DNA from: Antechinus flavipes
Taxonomy: Eukaryota
NCBI RefSeq assembly: GCF_016432865.1
Contig: NC_067399.1
Coordinates: 515,344,001 to 515,408,000, forward strand
DNA: 64,000 bases
Direction of reading: 5' to 3'
The position numbers were made by a program, and so were the translations under genes. Within the stretch, counting starts at the first letter, position 1. Each line of letters starts with the position of its first letter. The notes under the pieces are model-generated. The model did no database searches, was not told the origin of the DNA, and was given only the letters and a program-made list of their open reading frames with translations. This document shows, piece after piece, positions 36,416 through 47,000 of the stretch.

Positions 36416-36638
36416 ATTTGGAAGTTGGAAGTGGAGAATGGCTAGGAAAGGTGGGGCCCAGTCATCCTGGGCATAGGAAGTTAGTGTAGATAAGATTTAA
36501 TTTTGGCTAGGTGGATTGAGGAGAAAAAAGGGTTAGGGTAGAAGATCCTGGAGACTTTGGGAAGAGGGAAAAACAAGGGATTGATGTAAGGGAGGGAGCA
36601 CTTAGGCCTAAGGACTTTGGTTAGGTCCTGGGACTCAC

Positions 36639-36688
36639 TTTCAAATGATTCCTTCTTTGCCAGCTCTGTTCACATCAGGATCCTGAAA
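36639..36688 (-). pseudogene. RIPK3: RIPK3 exon 5 remnant
   Basis: tttcag|T TTC AGG ATC CTG ATG TGA ACA GAG CTG GCA AAG AAG GAA TCA TTT GAA A|gtgagt = FRILM*TELAKKESFE vs human FGILMWAVLAGREVE. Trp to TGA at 36670-36672. Confidence 0.9.
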
Positions 36689-36956
36689 CTGAAACCAGGA
36701 GTTGCAGCTCAGAATGATGTCTCTTTCCCCCTAGATGCTCTTCTTTCCTCCAATTGGGTCACTGGGAAGGAAAAAGGAAGCTCTATTCCAAACTTTGAAG
36801 GAGAGGGAATCTAAGAGAGAGTAGTGAGAGAATTTGTGGCTTATTGAGAATCTACTTGAAAACAGAGTATTGGGAAATTGAGGTGGGGAATGAGAACATA
36901 GGGTTTTCATTTGCAATTGTATTGGGGTGGATATTGGTCAATCTCATTATACACAA

Positions 36957-37129
36957 TTATAGACACTGGTGGGAAAATTCACCCTCTGATTCACATCCTT
37001 CAGTATCATAGAAGCCAGGTAGTTTATTGGCCTACTTTGTGTGCACTCCCTCATCCCCCATTTTGGGCTTCTAGATCTGACTCTGATTGTATCTCTGTCC
37101 ACAACTAGGACAAACTGAAACCTGACAGT
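36957..37129 (-). pseudogene. RIPK3: RIPK3 exon 4 remnant (DFG to APE region)
   Basis: After the acceptor: LSGFSLS* (human LADFGLST), then YLASMILKDVNQRVNFPTSVY (human YLAPELFVNVNRKASTASDVY). TAG at 37105-37107; about 27 nt longer than the human exon as recalled. Confidence 0.88.
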
Positions 37130-37468
37130 CTGTGAGGAAGGGAGAAAAAGGAGAGTGATGGCCTATTAACCATAACATCTTCCTTTGTCATGACCCTCAG
37201 GGTTCCTTACATTTCTGATTCCATAATCCAGTTAACCTGCTCTTTCACACTGAATCTTCTTATTGACTCTTATCTTGAGATCCTTTGATCTGAGAAATTT
37301 CTAATGTACTTGTAGCTACCTTTGGTGATGTTTTCTAACCTATTTTAGATTACAATCCCCATAAGATTAGGACTCTATTTCCCCCCTAACTTTTGTATTT
37401 CCCCTACACACATTTATAAATGTTTGCTATAATTGGTTAGTAAGGCAGCTCCAGGGTTGGCCCAAGGT

Positions 37469-37740
37469 AGAGAGGTGTAGATCAAGTTCAAGCCATAGAT
37501 GGGTGGATTTGAGGTATTTGTGTAATGGTTTCAGATCTTTGGCCATCCCTTCTGTCTCTGTCATCTTTGAAAATGGCAGTTCTATGACCAGGAAGGACAG
37601 TGGGACTTTGAGATCAGGAGCTGGACTTGAGATATGTGAAACACATCTATTCCAGTTCTTTGCTCACCCAGCTGTCCCAGGAGGAAGAGATATTGAAGCT
37701 CAGTCAAGACCTAAGTTTTTAATGCAATAATAACCTTTCC
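37469..37740 (-). pseudogene. RIPK3: RIPK3 exon 3 remnant (to catalytic loop)
   Basis: Acceptor at 37741-37742. Segments SHCPSWS (human SQCPRPWP) and GM...LHKYLKSTHLWLELDLHL (human GM...LHRDLKPSNVLLDPELHV). Several stops and frameshifts; donor not found. Confidence 0.88.
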
Positions 37741-37897
37741 CTAGGGGATGGTAGGAGTAAGTAAGGGAGGAGAGGATGAGAATTATCAGACAAAACCCCC
37801 AGCCCATCCAGATGACTCAGGAGGATTCTTCCATGTTGCCCACTTTTTATGTTGCTTGGTTTTTTCTTTTCCTAGTCTGTCTGGAAGTGCCACTCAC

Positions 37898-38034
37898 ACT
37901 TGGATGATCTTGACCACCAAGTCACAGTCAAAGCTCCTGTGAAGCCCCTGGAACACATATGACACTACTCTGCAGACATTCTCTGGGCTCAGCCACTGCT
38001 CCTCCAACATGAAAGGATGGGGTATTATCTGGCT
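37898..38034 (-). pseudogene. RIPK3: RIPK3 exon 2 remnant (subdomains I-II)
   Basis: AG acceptor and GTGAG donor present. Translates PHPFMLEEQWLSPENVCRVVSYVFQGLHRSFDCDLVVKIIQ vs human [42 protein letters not shown]. 137 nt vs ~141 recalled for human, implying a frameshift. Confidence 0.88.
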
Positions 38035-38199
38035 CTAGAAGATGGAAATGGCTTTGTACTGAACTGGTTGAGTCAGCTCCTCCTCTCTAACTCCTTTCTT
38101 ATATGTAGTTTTCTCCTATCTATAACTGTATTGCTCAAGGTTCAGTACTTGAATCTACAGCTAGCCTTCACAGGAAAAGGCAGGGGACTAGCAGCTTAA

Positions 38200-38720
38200 A
38201 TGTACCAGGATTGATCCATATGTATGTAAATATTTATAGCAGCTTTTTGTGTGTGTATGATGATAAAGAATTGGAAACTGAGGGATTGCCCATCAATTGG
38301 GGAATTGCTGAACAAGTTGCAGTATATATCTGTGATGGAGTTCATTGTGCTTTGAGACATGATGAAGAGGATGGTTTCAGAGAAGCTGAAAAACACGTAT
38401 GAAGTGATGCATCATGAAGTGAGCAGAATCAGGAGAACAATTTATACAATAACAACAATATCGTAGCAACAAAAAACAATATTGAAGAATGTAGGAATTC
38501 TGATCAACTCATTGAGCAACCTTGGATTCCAGAGGACTCAAGATAAAACATGCTATCCACTTCTTGATAGAGCAACATCCTTGAGACTTTTTTTTTTTTT
38601 TTTGGACTTGGCTTTGGAATATTTTGCTTGAACATTAAAGTTTGTAACAGGAGTTTTGTGTTTCTTGTTTTCTAAAAGGGAAAAGGGAGAGAATGTGAAT
38701 CTTACATAAAATTAAATTTC
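38200..38720 (+). mobile_element. L1 3' fragment upstream of the RIPK3 exon 2 remnant
   Basis: aaatatttatagcagctttttgtg...gaattggaaactgagggattgcccatcaattggggaat..., gaagtgagcagaatcaggagaacaatttataca. Confidence 0.65.
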
Positions 38721-39118
38721 AATAAATTAACATAGGCTTAATGCCTCTCTGAGTTTGAAAGTGCTCCTTAATTTTCGAGACACATAGTTTTTCACCTTTT
38801 GCTTCCTCACAGGGGCCTGAAACAGTGAAGCTCAATTGAATAGTACCAATACATAGAATGCCAGAGTTGGCAGAAACCTTAAAAATCATTAATTCATCTC
38901 ATCCACATGATAGAGCAGGACATTGTGATTTGAACCTGGATTCACCACTGCACCATTCTATTCTTCTGCGGGCCTGAAACTTCTCTAGTCTATTCTTGCC
39001 TTGTACATATTAGCCTTGCTTGAGATGTTAGGTCGGGGATATAAGGGAGGGAAGAGTGAGAGGGATTTGTGGAAAGCAAATTTTAGAAGCAGGGGCCTAG
39101 ACATGCTTATCTACTCAC

Positions 39119-39150
39119 CCCAATTTGTGATTATACAACAGGGTTCTCAT
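39119..39150 (-). pseudogene. RIPK3: Possible RIPK3 exon 1 remnant
   Basis: ATG AGA ACC CTG TTG TAT AAT CAC AAA TTG GG|gtgagt: a phase-2 donor ending K-L-G(x), like human K-L-W(phase 2). The match is short and could be chance. Confidence 0.3.
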
Positions 39151-41416
39151 CCAATAAGAGAAGAGATCTTGCTCCTATGCAATTAAGGCAAGAGTTAGGG
39201 GAAAGGGAGGTCAAAGAAAGTAACTAAAGAAATCAGGAGATTGTGGAGGCACAGTGTGAAGTAAGAGTACTACTGCTACTTCCCTTTTGTGGGGCAAGTC
39301 TATACCATTGTGGTCCAGATGCTTCTTCCACATAAGGAGGGGTTGTTGTCTTAAGACAGAGGAGTTAGGTCTTCTGTGATTAGGACTCATTAATTGCAAA
39401 AGCTCTAGAGCTGGAATGATAAGAAGTCACTTGTTTAATCCCATCACTTTGCAGACGAAGGAATAGAAGTCTAAACAGGCAAAAGGATTCGTTCCAGGTT
39501 GTACAACTCAGTCGGAATAGTCAAGATTTGAACCCATGCTTCCTTAAGCCTGGTACTATTTGCCCTAAGCTCTTCTGTATGAGGACAACTATTATATGTT
39601 GGAAGTGCTTTAATATTATTATATTGCAACAATAGGATTCTGGACAATAATGCCCCGGAGTCAAAAAAAGGATGGGACATCAAAAGTCATCTGCCAAACC
39701 AGCAGAGTTGCTAACCTGAGCTGGAGGCCATCCCTGAGCTCAGGACTTCAGTTGTAACATGTCATCTCAACTCTGCACATGAATTTAAAAAATTAGGACA
39801 ATATTGAATTTGGAGTCAGAAAAGCTGACTTGAATCTTGTCTTTGCTAGTAACTTCCTGTGTGACTTTGGATACTTAATCTTTGTGGGCCTCAGTGACAA
39901 CATGTGCAAAACAAGAGGTTTAGATGGGATGACCTTTAAGAGAGCTTTTCCAGTTCTATAACCATGAGTCTAAACATTTTTGTGATCTCTAAGATAAGGG
40001 CTGGAAGAAAGAGGTTTTTTTTTTTTCATAAAATAGAAATAAATTCCAGATAAATGAAATATCATTTTGTCTTGTTGTCCCAGGTTCTGTGTCTTTGCAT
40101 TTGCCTTTCTTCATGCTCGAATTATATACTCACCCTCAATCAAAAAAAAAAAAAAGGAAGAAAGTTAGGAAGGAAGAAAGGAAGGGAAGGGAAGGAGAGA
40201 GGGAGAAAAGGAGGAAGGTAGGAAGAGAGGAGGTGTGGGAAGGAAGAAAAAGGTAGGAAGAAGGCAGACTTCATCTCAAATCCTCCCTCCTCTCCCATTT
40301 CAGCCTATGTTCATCTTTCTTGACATTTTTATTCTTCTTTAAAAGGAGCTTAGATGCTGCATTCTCTATGTTGTGATCTCACATTCTTGATCCCTTCCCA
40401 CTAATCCCTCCTCCCTATAGCACCGAAACCAAAAGTGATCTCTGTTTTGTCAAATCTGTTGGCCTCTTTATATACTTATATATCTTTATATTCCTTGATG
40501 ATACTTTTGCATACAGCTCCCCTTTTTTTCTTTCCCCTTGGAAGGAAGGCCTGATCTGGGACTTTAATTCTAGCAACATTTCATTAATCCATTTAGTTCT
40601 TCCAACCAGGTAAAGAATCCCTATCTTAAAGAATTTAAAAATATTTTTTATATATTTTGTTTTTACATTACCCACATTTTTCAATGTATCTCTCATTTTT
40701 CACTTATAGAAAGATGTCCCGTATACAAAGAATAAAAAAGAAGAAAATAAGTTCACCCAAATCAACTAACACATTGAAAAAGTTTGATTACATTATATGC
40801 TCTGTTCCACATCTATAGAAGTACTCCATTTCTGGAAAAAAGTGGGAAGATACTTTTAGAGCAAGCATTCTAGAAGCCTTTTTTAGAGAGAGAAGAAGAT
40901 GATGAGGTATAAAGCCAGAAGTTTCTATGTTTTTTTTAAATAGAAGATCATTTTAGAAATGTTTTATTTTAAATCAATTTCTACACCTTATCTCCAGATT
41001 AATTTTTCACTATGCAGAAGAATTTCAGAATGATATAATAGACAGAAAAATGGATTTGGACTTGGAAGAGAGGAGGAACTGGACTAGAATCACACACTTA
41101 ACTTAAGAGTCCCAGCTCTACCACTTAACTAGTTTTGGGGTTGTAACAATTTTTTCTGAGTCTCAGTGTCTTCATCAACAAAAAGAATATATAATATAAA
41201 ATAGTGCATAGGATTGACAGATTGATTCATTGATTTGTTAAAGAAATACTCACTCAGGCTTATTTTGAGCAAAGTTGTTGAGGATAAGGTATTGGTAATG
41301 GAACTTTCTTTCTTTTTTTTTTTTTTTTTACAGAAGATGAAACTGCGATTTTAGGTTAAGTGATTAAGCATAAGTTAAAACTCAGACCTGAAGTCAAAGT
41401 ATTCTAAGAATAAATT

Positions 41417-41418
<2 letters not shown>

Positions 41419-41458
<40 letters not shown>
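41419..41458. repeat. (GT)20 microsatellite
   Basis: Read directly. Confidence 0.95.
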
Positions 41459-41463
<5 letters not shown>

Positions 41464-42323
41464 GCTGTATTCTGAGCCCACCTCCTGGTCAGCAAAGCCA
41501 ACATAAACTGCCTTGCCACACCCATAGACATTGCTTTATGAAAGCTCAGTTTATGTGGTCATTTCTTGTGAGTATTACAAGGTGAGTTACAATAGTTTGA
41601 CAAGTTCTATAAATAAGCAAGGTAATTAGGTAGGATCCTGGATTAGAGAAAACAGAGTAGAGGTGGACAATCAGGTGAGAACATTCCTAAAATGGTTCAG
41701 GATGATGGTAATAAAGGCTAATATAAGATGACAGCCATAGGAAGAGAGAGAAGGGATGAACTGAGAGATGTTGTAGAAGTAGAATTGGTGGACTTGGTAA
41801 CTGCTTGGATCAAATATGACTGAGATTTTGAACCTGGGAAATTAGGTGAATAGTGCTGCCATTGGTAGAAATAGTGAAGTGAGGGAAAGGGCAGCTTGGA
41901 GGTAGAAGTGAAGATAAGAAATTCAGTTTGTGAAGAAGAAATAGCCCTACATGCCCGAGCTAACAGAATCCATTTTCCACTAGGAATTAAATTATACACT
42001 GCATGATCAAAGTGTTAGGAAATAGGAGCAGTTAGGAAATATGCCTGGGCTCTTGACTTCCATGAATACCAGCAAAACTCACATTCATTCCAGATAGTAC
42101 TATTTCTCTCAGTTTGAATTTCTGCCAGTAAGTCTCACTCATGAGGATTACATAAATCTTGATGTCTTTGGTTGGGATAGTCACGTATAGACATTGTTCC
42201 TTATCACTCCTAGCAGGTTCTCAATCACTAAATTGTACGTGGCTTTTGTATGTGGATTACCAAAAAGTGGAACTAAACCCTGATTAAGAGCTCTAGGCTA
42301 CATCCTCTTGTATACTAGAATCT

Positions 42324-42884
42324 TTTTTTTTAATATTTTATTTTATTTTATAATAACTTTATATTGACAGAATCCATGCCAGGGTAATTTTTTTTTTTTT
42401 TACAATATTATCCCTTGCACTCACTTCTGTTCTGATTTTTCCCTTTCCTCCCTCCATCCCCTCCCCTAGATGGCAAGCAGTCCTATATATGTTAGATATG
42501 TCGCAGTATATCCTAGATACAATATATGTTTGCAGAACCGAACAGTTCTCTTGTTGCACAGGGAGAATTGGATTCAGAAGGTAAAAAAAATCCAGGAAGA
42601 AAAACAAAAATGCAAATAGTTCACATTCATTTCCCAGTGTTCTTTCTTTGGGTGTAGCTGCTTCTGTCCATCATTTATCAATTGAAACTGAGTTAGGTCT
42701 CTTTGTCAAAGAAATCCACTTCCATCAGAATACATTCTCATATAATATCGTTGTCGAAGTGTATAATGATCTCCTGGTTCTGCTCATTTCAGTTAGCATC
42801 AGTTCATGTAAGTCTCTCCAAGCCTCTCTGTATTCATCCTGCTGGTCATTTCTTACAGAACAATAATATTCCATAACATTCATA
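42324..42884 (-). mobile_element. 5'-truncated young L1 insertion with 16-bp target-site duplication
   Basis: Poly-T/AT-rich tail followed by L1 3' UTR antisense; flanked by ttgtatactagaatct at 42308-42323 and 42885-42900. Confidence 0.85.
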
Positions 42885-43049
42885 TTGTATACTAGAATCT
42901 ATGGTGAATTTTAAGAAATATGAATTCCTTGACATGGACAGAGGTCAACTCACATTGATCAGATTTAAGAAAGGCCTCAGTAATACATAACCATATCTCC
43001 CACCCAGCATCTGAGAATGGGCAAAGTAAGAATATTAAATATTTCACTA

Positions 43050-44050
43050 TTTAAGGGTGTTCACAAAGATAGCTTTAAATGTGTTTTAAAACATACTTGC
43101 ACACTATTGACTAAGTTGACAAAAAAGGAAATGACAAATGCTGGAAGAGTTTTGGGAAAAGAGGTATTTTGGTGCAATATTAATGGAATTGTAAACTGGC
43201 CCAACCATTTTAGAAAGCAGTGTGGAATTATGCTTCAAAAGTGATTAAACTGTGCATATCCCTTGATCCAGCAATATTACCACTATATCTCTATCCCAGA
43301 GAGATCAAAGAAAAAGGGAAAGGATCTATCTGTACATGCACAATATACATTATATATATATATATATAGTCTTTTTTTGGATAGCCAAGAATTGGAAACT
43401 GAAGGGAGGTCCATCAATCAGGAAATGATTGTACAAGTTATGTAATATTAATGTGATAGAATACCATTGGGCTATGAAAAATGATGAAGAGGGGATTTCA
43501 GAAAAACCTGGGTAGTTTTATATGAACTGATATATAGTGAAGTGAGCAGAACTGAGATAATAATATATACAATAACAGTAATGTAAAGATAATTAACTCT
43601 GAAAACCTTGGGTCTCTCTGATCGACACAATAATTAACTATAATAACAAAATACTCATGATGAAAAATGCTATTCACTTCTAGAGGGAAAAGGGATGGAC
43701 TCAGTGCAGATCAATGCATAGTTCCTTCCCTTCCCTTTTCCTTCCAGTTCCTTTCCTTTTTTCCTTCCCTTTCCTTCCCCTTTCCTTTTCTTCTATCCTT
43801 TCCTTTCCTTTTTTCTTCTCTCCTTTTTCCCCTTCCTCCCTTTCTTCTTCTCTCCCTTTGTTCTTTGTCTTTCTGTCTTTTGTTCCTTCTTTCCATGACT
43901 AAAATTATGAGAATTCATATTTGTGTTTTGTACATATTTTTATCAGGCTTATCTCTACCCTCATCCCTACCTTCTCAATGGGTTGGGAAGAAGAAGAGGA
44001 GGAGAGATAGAATTTGGAAATAAAAATAAAATAAAATTGAATTGGACAAA
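43050..44050 (+). mobile_element. Old L1 3' fragment with an internal pyrimidine tract
   Basis: gaaatgacaaatgctggaag, aaccattttagaaagc, gaattggaaactgaagggagg, gaagtgagcagaactgag. Confidence 0.6.
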
Positions 44051-47000
44051 AAGAAGTAAATGAAGGCTCACTTTTAAATGTTAGAATGTTCTGTACTCTG
44101 TGAGTAAGGTATGTTTGAATGAATGTTCAAAGTCTCTAACAGCTAGTAACATACAAGGAGTACCTTTTTCAAACTTGGCCAGGAATAGATTATAATAGAG
44201 TGGAAAGAGCATTGAATTTTTGGTTTGAAGATGTGAATTACAATCCTGGCTTTTCTATTCACTCATTAATATGACCATGGACAAGTCATTGAATCACAAT
44301 TTTCTTGTTTGTATGTTTTGATCTGGTCACAGGGACCCTGGATGGCCAATATAGAAACTTTTAGCTAGAGCTGATTTGGAATGTCCTATTCCATATCTCT
44401 GAAGATTTCTTTGATTTTCACTTTTGTTGAGAGAGGAGGATGGCTATGATTGGCAAATCACTCTTTTACTCTCATAACTTCAGGAGGAGTATTGGTAGGA
44501 ATATTAGATTTTGTAGTCTAACGATACAATGCTATTTTGAGATTTGAGATGAAACCAATCTCCTTGGTCACTCCAGCAGGGAGTAATATTACTCCATGTT
44601 CCATATTACTCCAGGCTTTACCAGATTACTAAAAGAGTTCATTTATAAAAAAATTAAGAATAATCACTATATGCTACTGAAGACTTTTGATCAGGGAAGG
44701 AATGCAATCAGATCTATGCCTTACTTATGTTCCAGCTGTGTGGAGGGATGAATTCTTCCATCCTGGGAGAATAATTATACTTTGACTCTCTATCATACTT
44801 TTTTTTTTTTAATACTTTGCTCTCAGAATTTACTCAGTCATTCATGCCTCCCTATCTTCCCCTCCTCCCAGGTATGCTTTGTTTCAAGGGACTTTCACTC
44901 ATGGAGCTGGGGTAAATAAGCAAAATGGTGATAATAGCCCTTATACAACTCACCTCAGAAGATTTTTTTATGATGATAAAATGTATGTAAAGATCTCTTA
45001 AATAAGAAAATATTTTATAGATAAATAAATGAAATTTAAATATTTTAAAATAAATAAAAACTCTTATTGTGGCACTAAAATTCCTTGCCCTGGCTCTGAG
45101 TTTGAAGGATAGATTCATTGGAGAGGAGGAGACAAAACTGGGGATGGGAAAACTGGTTAGGAGGCCATTTCAAATACAAGAGGTAAGGAGGGACTAAAAA
45201 AGGAAAGGAGAAGAAGAATGTAAGAACTGTTTCAAAGAAAGAATTAGTAAGAGTTGAAAACTAGTTGAATATGAAGGGTGAGGGAAGAAAAAGTCAAAGA
45301 CTGTGCTAAACCTAGTGCTCATTTGAAATCCAAGAATATGATTTTAACTCTCAATAGATTCCACTCTCTTAATACCACCAATGACCTCAAAGTCAATAAA
45401 TCTAATTTTTTCTTAGTCTCTTTCTTTCTTGACTCCCTGTTTGAAGCATTTTATATGATTGAATGCATCCTCTTTGAAACTTTCCCCTTACTTTGCTCCT
45501 ATGAGGACTCACAATTTTGATTTTCTTCCAGTGTTTCTCTGACTATACCTTCTCTGTCTCCTTCACTAGATCCTTTTCTTCTTTCTATCTTCTAAACAGA
45601 AATATTCTTTAAGGTTCATCCTTCATCCCTCCTGCTCTTCTTAAATTCTTTAAAGTAAATTCAACAAATCTTTACTATGTAAAAGGCACTGTTTTAGGTA
45701 CTTGAGAAGTAAAGATTCAAATGAAACAATTTCTACCTTTAAGGAGAGTGCATTAAGTTGGAACATACACAAATAAGTATATTACATAGAAAACTGAAGA
45801 TACAGAGGACACAATTAGAAGATGATCCGGAATTGATAGATTTATGGAAAAGGTGTCAACTGAGCTTACCCCAAAGGAAAACAATGATTTTAGGAGATTC
45901 AGACAAAGAAGGAAAACATTCTAGATGTGTGAATGAATGGAGGTGATAGGTTGGGTTTGGGTAATACCAATAGTTTGTCTAGAATATAGAATTTGCTCAG
46001 GAGAGTAGTATGAATGAAGTTGAGAAGGAAGTATGGATGTCTTTAATTCTCAGACTAAGAGTTTATCTATATCCTATAGACCAAGGAGCAAATGGATATA
46101 TTTCATTAATACACAAGAATTTAGATGGGGAAAAAATTACATCTTTATTTCCACTGATTTCTAAATAAAATTTATCATTTCTTTTGATATTGAATTAACT
46201 CTTTGGGACTCCATTTGGCGTTTTCTTGGCAAAGATATTTAAGTGTTTGCCATTTACTTCTCCAGTTCATTTTACAGATGAGGAAACTGAGGCAAACAGG
46301 GTTATATGATTTGTCCAGACTCACAGAACAGCCACTTAGCTGTCCCTAACATTAGACCTTTTTTTTTTTTTTTGAATAATACTAGTCTTCCAGCATTTTA
46401 TAGAGTCTTCATTTGACACGATTGCACTGAACATAAAAGTTTTTGTCTCAAGTTCCTCTCAGAGAATTTATCCACTGGTAAAACAGAAACTATCACCTCT
46501 CTTGCAAACATCTCCAGTCTTGACTTCTCTTCCAAGCTGTGTTATATGTCTAAATCGTGTAATGGATATTTCTTCTTAGAAGTCCATCTGATATCGTAAA
46601 CTCAACAAATCTCAATATCTCCCGGCTGATTATTTTCAACATCCCTGATCCAGTCACTCTCATCAGATGATCCTAACAGATCAGATCAGATCAGATCACA
46701 TAATGCTAGAACTGCAGGAGACTTTAAAGACTATCTAGTTCAACTTCTTCATTTTATAAGTGTAAAAACTGAGCCTCCAGAAAATGGATTGCCTTGCCCA
46801 AAGCCATACAATTATTATAGTGTCAGAATCAGGATTCAAATACAGGTCTTCTGACTCTAAACCTTCCAGTTCCAAAAACTGCTTTGCTTTTTGCACATAG
46901 CAAGTTCTTAATAAAATTTTTATTAAACCCAAATCCCAGGTTAGAGTCTTCTTGTCCAGTACTCCAGCCTAAACTCATTTCACTCTCCTTCCTAAAATCT

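Larger units (their letters stand above)
32880..39150 (-). pseudogene. RIPK3: Unitary (unprocessed) RIPK3 pseudogene
   Basis: Syntenic position and strand, plus collinear exon remnants that resemble the RIPK3 kinase domain, separated by intron-like sequence and carrying stops, frameshifts and lost splice sites (exon entries below). Outer boundaries depend on the weaker exon 1 and exon 10 calls. Confidence 0.9.

Noticed and set aside
38017-38199. + strand ORF ending GKGRGLAA, resembling the human RIPK3 C-terminal GKGRGL
   Set aside because: Wrong strand and wrong position (between the exon 1 and exon 2 remnants) relative to all other RIPK3 remnants; a 6-residue match is plausibly chance.
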